Below, piece after piece: positions 39,543-48,289 of a stretch of DNA of 64,000 bases. Source of the stretch: an uncultured bacterium (lineage in GTDB: Bacteria; Chloroflexota; UBA5177; JANWHV01); NCBI GenBank assembly GCA_963827235.1, contig CAWHAE010000016.1, positions 1,156,002 through 1,220,001 on the forward strand. The letters are read 5' to 3'. The stretch's first letter is position 1. Each line of letters opens with the position of its first letter. A program made the position numbers and the translations under genes. Under the pieces are notes generated by a model. It made no database searches, was not told where the DNA came from, and saw only the letters and a list, made by a program, of their open reading frames with translations.

Positions 39543-39968
39543 ATGCCACGGTCAGAGGATGCCCAGTACGCCTACAACGTGCGGCGCCGCGTCCAGCGCG
39601 GCGTCGAACGGATCGATGCGCGCATGCTGGTGGCCGAGTGTGATGGCTCCCTTTTCGAGGGACCTGCTGTCGATGTGTCCTACCGCAGACTCGTGGACCA
39701 GACCGGCGTCACCTACGTCGTGCCTGACGACACCGTTCCTGCATCCGCGCAGCAAGCGAACCTCGTGCGGCTCATCCACCTGCTGGAAGACAAAGGTCTG
39801 CCGGTCAGGTACGCGGATCGGGACACCGGAGCGAACTATCCCTGTCTAGAAGTTGCCTTGGATGAGGAGTACCATCGGCAGTTCATGACCACGATCGCCG
39901 CCGCTGTGTATGAACAAGGCGAGGAGGCGGTCCTGCCGATCGTCAACCGCCTGGGCGTGCGCGTGTAG
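39543..39968 (+). CDS. Hypothetical protein
   Basis: 141-aa ORF with GGGAGG RBS and GC3-rich codons; no recognised motif. Confidence 0.6.
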   Translation: MPRSEDAQYAYNVRRRVQRGVERIDARMLVAECDGSLFEGPAVDVSYRRLVDQTGVTYVVPDDTVPASAQQANLVRLIHLLEDKGLPVRYADRDTGANYPCLEVALDEEYHRQFMTTIAAAVYEQGEEAVLPIVNRLGVRV

Positions 39969-40410
39969 TCGTCTTGGCAGAAGCGCTTGGCACGCAGACC
40001 GCAGTGCACGGCGTCGCGTCAAATATGACGCCAAAGCCTCAGGCACGATCCTCTCTATGTATGGCGCGTCATATGTATGTCGCGTGGCTGGAAATGCCTC
40101 GCTGCACACAGGTTGGCGGCCCAAGCCAGTGGTCGGTTGGCCGAGTGACTCCGTAACCCGAGCCTGCTTCCAGCAACTCACACGGTCGCGACGGATCCCA
40201 TGCAAGGTTATGCACAACCCGCATATTGATGTGATCGCTAGCGAGCCAGAAACGAGCCTTTCGAGTGGTTCAGTGATGCACTCAACCAGGCTCTGGTTTG
40301 ATACCCGGGCCGTTATCTTACGCGCCGAGCGCGCCAACTGCCTTGACACAACATGCACCATCCTGTGCGCCAGCCCAGCATGCCATGCTATGAGCGCGTG
40401 TCGTTGGTTC

Positions 40411-43338
40411 TCAGCCGAGCGTGAGCGGCGCCTGCTCCACGCGCTCAAGGTCTTTGCGCGCGCCTAGCCGCCGGAAGATAGCGGCTGCCTCCGCCAGTCG
40501 TGCGCGTGTCGCAGCCGGCTCGCCGCACGCCAGGTGCAGGTGGCCGTAGGCCTCGAGCAGCCGTCCCTCGCCGTGCGGATAGGGCAGCGCGCGGGCCAGG
40601 GCCAGCCCTTCGTCCAGGGCCTGTGCCGCCGTGCTGCGGTCATCGAGTCGCAGAGCCACCAACGCATGCACCCGCAGTGCGCCGACCAGGGTCAGCCGGT
40701 ACTCCGCCTCGCGCGCCCGACACAGCGCCTGTGCAATCACCTCCGCGGCCCGCGCCGTTTCGCCCAGCTCCAGCTGTGCCCATGCCAGCACCGGCAGCAC
40801 GTAGGCTGTCACATCGCGCTCCTCGGCGCCTTCACCACGATCGAGGAGCCGACGCAGCCGCGCCTCGGCCGTTGCCGGTCGCCCTTGCAACAGGTCGAGT
40901 TCTGCCAGGTAACTCTGCGCCACTCTCTCTTGCGCGTGGACAAATGTGCCGACGTGCAGTGTGATGGCGCTGCACTGCTCCAGGTAGCGCGTGGCCTCCT
41001 CCCAGGCGCCCTCCGCCAGGCAGAGACGACCAAGCTCGAGCGCGGGCCCGGCAGCGAGCTCGCCGGGCAACTGCTGGAGCGGCTCGAGACGCGCAAGCGC
41101 ACGTCGTGCCCCTGGCCAGTCTCCCTCGAAGAAGGCGAGTGCCGCGATCCGAAAGGTCGCGCTCGCGATCAGCGCCGGATCGGCCAGCTGCTCGCCCAGG
41201 GCGAGCGCGTGCGCGGCCAGCGACCAGGCCCGGCTGAATTCGCCTCTGTTGTCATGGATGTTCGCTGCTTGACACGCTGCGAACGCGACCGTGTCCAGCT
41301 TGCCCACCGCCTCTGCCAGGCGCGCCGCCTCCTGGAGCGCCGGTAGCGCTTCTGCGTCCCGGCCCACAATCGACAGCAGGACGCCGCGTCGCGCCACGAC
41401 CTCTGCCTGCAGGGCGCGATCGCCGACGGCGCGCGCCAACTCCACTGCTCGCGCGCTGGTCGCCACCGCCGCCTGGTGTTCATCGCGGAAGTAACGGAGC
41501 CGTGCGAGGGCGGCGTACACGGCGGCAAGGCTGCGCGAGCGGCCCCGCGCTTCCAGCGGCGCCACCACCGGCAGCAGGCAGGCCAGTCCGGCCTCAATGC
41601 TATCGGCCGTGAAGCGGCGGATGTGTAGGTGGGCGCTGGCCGCCAGCACCCGGCCTAGGCCCTCGGCGTCGCCGGCTCCGCGCAGGGCTGCTGCGGCCTG
41701 CCCCAGGACCTCCAGTGCCGCGTCCATGCGAAGCGCCGTGCCCAGTACCTCGGCCAGCTTCTCGCGTACTCGCGCCGCCTCCAGCAGACGGCCGAGCCCA
41801 TCGAGTCGGGCCACGGCCTCGCGATAGTACTGTTCGGCGGCCTCGTAAGCTGCTGTGGCACGCGCGCGGTCGCCGGCCAGCTCCAGGTAGCGCAGCGCTT
41901 GCTCTAGCTCCCCGCTCCGCGCGTAGTGGTGGGCCAGCAGCTCTACCGGCGGCTCGCCCGGCTGCTGCTCCAGCACTTCCGCCACGCGGCGATGCAGCAG
42001 CGCGCGGCGGGCCTGCCCCAGCCCGCTCTCGACGACTTCCCGGATTACGTCATGCACGAAGCCGTACGCGTCCTCGCCCACCTCTTCCAGCAGGCCAGCC
42101 CGGCACGCCGCCTCCAGGCCGTCAAGTACCGCCGTCTCCGGCTCCTCCAGCAGGCGCAGCAGCAGGGCACGCGCGGTCACCCGACCGGCCACAGCCGCCG
42201 CGTCCACCAGCGACCGCGCCACATCCGGCAGTGCCCGTAGCCGCCGCTGCAGGCTCTGCCGGAGGTCCCATGGTACGCCCTGCCGCACCACCGCCTCGCC
42301 GCCCTCCTCCAGGCTGCGGGCGTAGCTGACCAGAGAGAAGGGCACGCCGCCGACCCGCTGCACCACCTGCGCGACCTGCCCTGCCTCTACACGTGCAGGC
42401 CCACCGCACAGCTGCGTAACCAGCGCTGCCGCGTCGTGGTCGGCGAGCGGCGGCAGCGGTCGCTGTGCAGCCAGCTGGGCCTCGGCAAGCTCGGCGAGGG
42501 TCAGCATGAGGGGATGCTCCGGCGCGACGTCAGTGTCGCGATAGGTGCCGACGATGCGCAGCGCCGCGGCAGGCGCGTGGCGGAGCAGCGTGGCCACAAG
42601 GTCGAGCGCGTCGGACCCAGCCCATTGGAGGTCGTCGAGCAGTAGCAGCGTCCCCGCCGGCCCTGCGACATTGCGAAGTAAGCGTCCCACCGCGACGAAC
42701 AGAAGACGCCGCTCTTGCTCCAACGACAGCGTCCACCCGGGCAGCGGCTCAATCTGGTCCGCTGCCAGCTCGGGGAGCATGCGGACCAGCCAGGCGCAGC
42801 CGCGCAGGTCGGCCTGCCGCTCGGCGGCCGAGCGCCCGGCGAGATGGGCATGTACGGCCTGCAGCAGCGGCGCGAAGGGCTGCTGCCCGCCGGCACGCGT
42901 GCAGCCACCAGACACGACGGCCCAGCCCAGCCGGGCGGCGACGCGTGCTGCCTCCTGGAGCAGGCGCGTCTTACCGAAACCGGGCTGGCCTGCGAGAAGC
43001 AGCAGCGGTGAACCCTTACCGTGCAGATGGCGGTCAAGCAACGCCATCTCCCGCTCGCGTCCCACGAGGATTGGTATCGCCTCAGGCGCCATCGGGCCTG
43101 CCAGTCTGCGGGCTGCCGTCTCGAGTTGCTGCTCGGCAGTGGCGTCGAGGCTCAAGGCGCGGGCCAGCAGGCGCAGGGTCACCGGGCGCGGGGCGCGGTT
43201 GATGCCCCTTTCCAGGTCGCTGATTCCCCGGGCGGAGATGCTTGCGCGCTCGGCCAGCGCTTCCTGGGTGAGGCCAGCGGCCTCCCGCTGCCGCTTGAGC
43301 AGCACGCCAAACGCGGAACCATGCTGCTCGCTGACCAT
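40411..43338 (-). CDS. XRE-HTH + AAA/STAND ATPase + TPR regulator
   Basis: REAAGLTQEALAERASISARGISDLERG; LVGRERE, GQPGFGKTRL, LLLDDLQWA; helical repeat C-terminus. Confidence 0.92.
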   Translation of the reverse strand: MVSEQHGSAFGVLLKRQREAAGLTQEALAERASISARGISDLERGINRAPRPVTLRLLARALSLDATAEQQLETAARRLAGPMAPEAIPILVGREREMALLDRHLHGKGSPLLLLAGQPGFGKTRLLQEAARVAARLGWAVVSGGCTRAGGQQPFAPLLQAVHAHLAGRSAAERQADLRGCAWLVRMLPELAADQIEPLPGWTLSLEQERRLLFVAVGRLLRNVAGPAGTLLLLDDLQWAGSDALDLVATLLRHAPAAALRIVGTYRDTDVAPEHPLMLTLAELAEAQLAAQRPLPPLADHDAAALVTQLCGGPARVEAGQVAQVVQRVGGVPFSLVSYARSLEEGGEAVVRQGVPWDLRQSLQRRLRALPDVARSLVDAAAVAGRVTARALLLRLLEEPETAVLDGLEAACRAGLLEEVGEDAYGFVHDVIREVVESGLGQARRALLHRRVAEVLEQQPGEPPVELLAHHYARSGELEQALRYLELAGDRARATAAYEAAEQYYREAVARLDGLGRLLEAARVREKLAEVLGTALRMDAALEVLGQAAAALRGAGDAEGLGRVLAASAHLHIRRFTADSIEAGLACLLPVVAPLEARGRSRSLAAVYAALARLRYFRDEHQAAVATSARAVELARAVGDRALQAEVVARRGVLLSIVGRDAEALPALQEAARLAEAVGKLDTVAFAACQAANIHDNRGEFSRAWSLAAHALALGEQLADPALIASATFRIAALAFFEGDWPGARRALARLEPLQQLPGELAAGPALELGRLCLAEGAWEEATRYLEQCSAITLHVGTFVHAQERVAQSYLAELDLLQGRPATAEARLRRLLDRGEGAEERDVTAYVLPVLAWAQLELGETARAAEVIAQALCRAREAEYRLTLVGALRVHALVALRLDDRSTAAQALDEGLALARALPYPHGEGRLLEAYGHLHLACGEPAATRARLAEAAAIFRRLGARKDLERVEQAPLTLG

Positions 43339-43500
43339 GGGTGTCTGCCTCCGGAGGTGCCGCGCTGCTCGCGCTCATGTGGGTCGATACGTGGATACCC
43401 TGTGCCTACCTGTGTGGAGGTCAGCATGCCCGTCAACCAGACTTGAGAACAGCATAGCATGGCGCTGGATGCGGCTTGAGTCAGACAAGGAAGATGGGCG

Positions 43501-43983
43501 ATGCGGGTGGTCCAACTGGGTGCGATTCTGCTGGCCGCCATCATAGGCAGTGCGGTGGCGAGCAGTCAGGCAGGGGGAGAAAAGGGTGCAACGCTGAGCG
43601 TGGCGGCTCTGGTAGCGCAGCTGGAGACACGGCCCGGACCCTGGATCGGCCACACAATGACGCTGCTGGGCACGCTGGAGCCCTGCCCGTGGTCCGGACC
43701 TGCCGCGCAGACGCGCTTCTGTGCCGGCGAGCCGCTGGTGCTGGCCGCGGCGCGCGGTACCGGCATGCTGCCTGCGGTGTGCGCAGCCGAGCCGAGCTGG
43801 CTCGCGCTGGCGCGGGACATCCCGTTCGTTGGCGCGCTGCTGCCGGCGCCACGAGCCCTGACGCTGTTCACTCCTCTGCGTGTGACCGTGCGGGTAGAGC
43901 GTCTCCCGGCGTCATCGTGTGGAATGGACAACTGCTTCCGCGCGCGGCTGCTCAGCAGTGCGCGTGTTCGCGTACAGGCGTGA
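43501..43983 (+). CDS. Secreted Cys-containing hypothetical protein
   Basis: Signal peptide MRVVQLGAILLAAIIGSAVASSQA; five Cys; divergent from the STAND gene. Confidence 0.6.
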   Translation: MRVVQLGAILLAAIIGSAVASSQAGGEKGATLSVAALVAQLETRPGPWIGHTMTLLGTLEPCPWSGPAAQTRFCAGEPLVLAAARGTGMLPAVCAAEPSWLALARDIPFVGALLPAPRALTLFTPLRVTVRVERLPASSCGMDNCFRARLLSSARVRVQA

Positions 43984-44251
43984 GTGGTCTCGTCACGCGA
44001 TGCCGTTGGCCCGCCAGGGTGACCCCGATGTCGAAGCAGTGCTAATGGAGTAGCGCACCCGCCAGTGGCGCATGTGGGCCAGGAAACGTACTCAGCATCG
44101 CAAACACCACACGCAAACATACCCGCCGCGCCCAAGTCTGCGGCCAACGCCGCCGGTCCGCGTGGTAGGCGTGGGTGGTGCGGCACAGACTGGAGCGTAG
44201 AGAGCGGACGTTCCGCTCGCCGGCAAGCGAAGAGGGACAAGGAGAGCAGAA

Positions 44252-44515
44252 ATGAGGACGGATCGCAATGGCACTGCGGAGGCTCGGGAGTGGCTGCCGC
44301 CGCTGATGACCGCCATGGTCGACGCGCAGTTCGCGGACCCGCCGGCCGATCCCGGCGAGAACGCACCAGCGGCCTGGCCGCGCTGTAATGCGTACCTGTT
44401 CGAGGCCAGCGAGGCGAGCGCGGTCTTTGCCGCGCGGACACGACGTCGCACGCTTGTGGAGTTGCTGCGCAGCTATCTGGCGGGCAGGCGCCTCCGGAGA
44501 CAGACCACCATGTAA
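44252..44515 (+). CDS. Small hypothetical protein
   Basis: AAGGAG RBS, 87 aa. Confidence 0.45.
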   Translation: MRTDRNGTAEAREWLPPLMTAMVDAQFADPPADPGENAPAAWPRCNAYLFEASEASAVFAARTRRRTLVELLRSYLAGRRLRRQTTM

Positions 44516-44787
44516 CTGCCCGCGCCGCGGCGGTCCCGGGCTGTCGCGTCGGTGACAGCGTGCTTGTGCCAGTGGTGACGGTGCAGCCGCGTTCCACATG
44601 GTCTACTGGTGCCAGTGGCCGCTGCTCTCGCTCCACGGTACCTGGACGGTCACAGGGCCAACTTCCAAACGAGCAACACCAGAACCAATTCGCTTCTACA
44701 AGCTCTGCAGCACTACTGCCGGCTTGGAGTGGATTGGCGAGGAGCCGAATCCTTGACAGCGGTGAGAAGGGGACAGATGGAACGACC

Positions 44788-46218
44788 ATGACGACGATGG
44801 AGCACAGCGCGACATTGGTGGCGTCCAAGGGGAGCACACCAGCCGGCATCTATGAGCGGGACCGGCAGCGGCACGTGCAGGCGCGCGACGTAAGCCTGAA
44901 CGTCGAAGCAGAGAAGATTGAATGGTCGCTAACGCAATTGCAAGCGCTGCGTGACGAGCGCCTGCGCGCGCTCGTGCGCCACGCGAAGGCGCATTCACCC
45001 TGGCACGCCAATCGCCTGCGCCACGTCAATCCCGACCGGCTGCGCGGCGACGACCTCTCCACGATCCCGCCGATGACCAAAGCTGACCTGATGGAGCACT
45101 GGGATGAGATTGTCACCGATCGGCGCCTCACGCTGGATATGGTCACCAAGCATCTTGCCGGCATAAGCACCTATGGTCCCTCCTACCTGCTGGACGAGTA
45201 TCACGTGCTGGCCAGCGGCGGGTCCTCGGGCCTCCGCGGCGTTTTCGTCTGGGACTACGCCGGTTGGCTCACCGCGCAGCTCTCTACGGCACGCGTCGGT
45301 GCGTGGCTGTGCACACACCTCGGAATGGAGAGCCCGGAGCCTGGCGCGCGTGTCGGGGCCGCCTCGCCGGTCCACGCCACCGCAGCGATGGAGGCGACCT
45401 TCGGCGGTCCGCTCGCCTCACGCCACAGCTTTCCCGTCACACTCCCGTTGGCAGAAATCGTGGCCGGGCTGAATCGCACGCGTCCGGTCATGCTGAACTG
45501 CTATCCATCCATGCTGCACCGGCTGGCCCTGGAGGCGCGCGCCGGCCGGCTGCGTATCGCGCCGCGGCTCCTCATTTGCGCGACCGAGCCGTTGCCGGCG
45601 GGCACGCGCCAGCTCGTCGAGAGCGTGTTCGACGCCCCAGCCATCGATGCCTACGGCGCGTCGGAGACCTGGTGCCTCGCCATCTCTCCGCCCGGATCGC
45701 CCAATCTGCACCTGCTCGAGGACGTCGCCGTCTGCGAGCCGGTTGACCGCGACGGGAGACCGGTTGAGCCCGGCGACTCCAGCGCGGCGTTGCTGGTGAC
45801 CAACGTGGTCAATCGAGTCCTTCCGCTGATCCGCTACGAGCTGAACGATGAGGTCACCTTCCTACCGGAGCCCAACCCAGGCCCCTGGGCCGGGCGCCGC
45901 ATTGCACCGGTTGGAGGGAGACACGATCACGTGTTCAGCTACGCAGGGGGCGTTGCCGTGCATCCCATCGTCTTTCATTCTGCTCTGGACGAGCTGCCGG
46001 ACGTCAGCGAATTCCAGGTACGTCAAACGCCACACGGCGCAGACATCGTCGTGCGTGCGGCGCCCGACGTGGCGCTCGACGGCGTGCGAAGCAGCCTGAT
46101 CTCCTCGCTGCGCAGGCTGGGTCTTTCGGATCCGCAGATCTCGATTGCCGCCGTGAACGATCTGCCGCGCAAGCCCGACACGGGCAAGCTGACACGCTTC
46201 ATACCACTTGCGAGGTGA
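44788..46218 (+). CDS. Phenylacetate-CoA ligase (PaaK)-like adenylate-forming enzyme
   Basis: IPPMTKADLM, SGGSSG P-loop, DAYGASE, PLIRYELND, TGKLTRF. Confidence 0.85.
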   Translation: MTTMEHSATLVASKGSTPAGIYERDRQRHVQARDVSLNVEAEKIEWSLTQLQALRDERLRALVRHAKAHSPWHANRLRHVNPDRLRGDDLSTIPPMTKADLMEHWDEIVTDRRLTLDMVTKHLAGISTYGPSYLLDEYHVLASGGSSGLRGVFVWDYAGWLTAQLSTARVGAWLCTHLGMESPEPGARVGAASPVHATAAMEATFGGPLASRHSFPVTLPLAEIVAGLNRTRPVMLNCYPSMLHRLALEARAGRLRIAPRLLICATEPLPAGTRQLVESVFDAPAIDAYGASETWCLAISPPGSPNLHLLEDVAVCEPVDRDGRPVEPGDSSAALLVTNVVNRVLPLIRYELNDEVTFLPEPNPGPWAGRRIAPVGGRHDHVFSYAGGVAVHPIVFHSALDELPDVSEFQVRQTPHGADIVVRAAPDVALDGVRSSLISSLRRLGLSDPQISIAAVNDLPRKPDTGKLTRFIPLAR

Positions 46219-46245
46219 AATGGCCACACAGAGAGGAGCACGGAG

Positions 46246-47523
46246 ATGGCCTCTGCTACCACCGCCGCGTCGGCCGGCGCCACGCCCCCGCGGATCCCGC
46301 CTCTACTCGTCACGCTCGCCCTGGCGGACGGGCTGACCGCCGCCGGTCTCTCCGGGCTCGGCGAGGTGCTGCCCAGCTTGCATCGAGAATGGCATGCCGG
46401 CTACGGCGCGCTGGGACTTGCCCTCGGCGTGTTGCGCCTGGCCTGCTTGGCGGGCGCACTGTGGATCGGGCCGCGAGCAGACCGCCTGCCCACGCGCCCG
46501 CTGCTCGTCACGGCGCTGGTCACCATCGGCCTGGCCTGGGCAGCGTTCCCCGTCGCGGGCGGCCTCGCACCCGCGCTGTTTATCTTCGCACTGCTCGGCG
46601 CGGCTACCGGCGCGCATATTGTCCTGATCACCATGGTGGCGCCCCGCCTGCAGGTGCATGCGCCTGCCGGCGCAACGGCGCTGCTCTCGCTCGCCTTCGT
46701 CGTCGGCTCCGCGGCCGGTCCCGTGCTTGGTACGGGCAGCATGCTGCTGACCGGCGGCGCCGGCGGCCTGGGCATCGCACTGGCACTGGCCAGCCTCCCG
46801 CTCGTGCTCGCCTACGCGCGCCTGCCGGTTCCCCACGGAACCGTGCCTCCTGCCAGCGGGTGTCGCGAGGCGAAGGGCACTGCCGCGGCTTTGCAGGACG
46901 TCGTGGTGGACGTCGGCTTGCTGGCCGCCGTGTTGTTCCTCCTGGTAGGCGTCCAGATCAGCTTCTCGACCTGGTCGTTTACGCTGCTGGGCGGCCAAGG
47001 CACTCTGGCCGCGGCAGTGCCCCTGGTGTACTGGCTGGCCCAGGCAGCAGGGGCCGCTCGCCTGGCATTGGGTGCGTCGCTCGGCCTGCGCGCCCCGACG
47101 TTCGCGAGCGTCCCGGCCGCCGCCCTGATCACCGCCGGTGCGCTGCTCCTGTTCGCGCTGGCTGGATCGCTCGTAGTGGCACTGGCCGTCGCGGCTGTGA
47201 TGGGCTGGGTGCAGGGCCCGCTCTTTGCCCTGGTGGCCGTTCGGGCCATGGGATTGCGCCCGGCCGCGGCGGGCCGGATCGGCAGCGCGATCATGGCAGC
47301 CAATCAGGCGGGAGCACTGCTACTGCCGACGGTAGCAGGACTCACAGTGGCCGAGGGCCGCGGAGCGGCTGCGGCGCTCCTCATCGCAGCGAGTCTGCTG
47401 ATGGCAGGGCTGGCACGGCTGGCGCAGCGGGCCTACTTGCGGAACGAAGCCTACCGCGCGGACACCAGGGCCGCTATCGCCCGGCCGGCGCACGGTGCCG
47501 AACTCGAAGCAGCGCTGGCATAA
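46246..47523 (+). CDS. MFS transporter
   Basis: About 12 hydrophobic helices, GPRADRLPTRP (motif A-like); GGAG RBS. Confidence 0.8.
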   Translation: MASATTAASAGATPPRIPPLLVTLALADGLTAAGLSGLGEVLPSLHREWHAGYGALGLALGVLRLACLAGALWIGPRADRLPTRPLLVTALVTIGLAWAAFPVAGGLAPALFIFALLGAATGAHIVLITMVAPRLQVHAPAGATALLSLAFVVGSAAGPVLGTGSMLLTGGAGGLGIALALASLPLVLAYARLPVPHGTVPPASGCREAKGTAAALQDVVVDVGLLAAVLFLLVGVQISFSTWSFTLLGGQGTLAAAVPLVYWLAQAAGAARLALGASLGLRAPTFASVPAAALITAGALLLFALAGSLVVALAVAAVMGWVQGPLFALVAVRAMGLRPAAAGRIGSAIMAANQAGALLLPTVAGLTVAEGRGAAAALLIAASLLMAGLARLAQRAYLRNEAYRADTRAAIARPAHGAELEAALA

Positions 47524-47551
47524 GCACAGTGCGCACTGTTGGAGGAATGCG

Positions 47552-48190
47552 ATGCATACGCTCTCTGTCCTGGTCCGCGCGACCTGCGCGGCGACGTTGT
47601 TGCTGGCCATCCTCTGTGCCGGACCGTTGCGAGGCGCGAGCGCGGTGCGCGACGGCTCCTCGCTGGCAGGCCGCTGGGTTGCCCACGTAGTGTGGCGGTG
47701 CCAGCCCGGCGCGGGGCACGGCGACCCCATCTGTCTGATGGCTGCCAATGCCCCCGGCCCGGTCACCTGGGCCGGCACCTTCGATATCGAAAGCGATGCC
47801 GCGGGCCACGCCTCGTACACCTATGAAGCGACCGTCGCGGGCGCAGGCAGCGGCATCAGCCGGCAGTGTGGGGCGCAACTGTATGCGAGCGATGCGGTCA
47901 CGGGTGTCTGCCCCCTGACCGCGCACGGTAAGGGGTACTTTGATCCGCCCACGGCGACCTTCTTCAGCACCGACGAATGGGTGACGTTCTACGGCGCGAA
48001 GATGGCGCGCGCGGTGCACAACGCCGCGGCGGCCGGCGGATGGACGGCCGGCGACTTGCCTATCCCAGCGCGGCCTGGCTACTACGATGACGACACGGTG
48101 AACACCGGGCGCGACGCGGTGAATGTGGCTCTTGAGCGGATCGAGCCGCTCACGGGCATCGAGTACATTGCCGTGGTGGCACGCTACTGA
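47552..48190 (+). CDS. Secreted hypothetical protein
   Basis: GGAGG RBS, signal peptide ending GASA, four Cys in the mature part, beta-rich composition. Confidence 0.6.
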   Translation: MHTLSVLVRATCAATLLLAILCAGPLRGASAVRDGSSLAGRWVAHVVWRCQPGAGHGDPICLMAANAPGPVTWAGTFDIESDAAGHASYTYEATVAGAGSGISRQCGAQLYASDAVTGVCPLTAHGKGYFDPPTATFFSTDEWVTFYGAKMARAVHNAAAAGGWTAGDLPIPARPGYYDDDTVNTGRDAVNVALERIEPLTGIEYIAVVARY

Positions 48191-48289
48191 GCCGCGCTTG
48201 ACGCGGCCGCAGAGGCCCAGCCGTGACGCACTGGGCGGCGGTTACAAGAGCCGAGAAAGGAGCAGCCCTGGCGTGCCAGGGACGGACAG

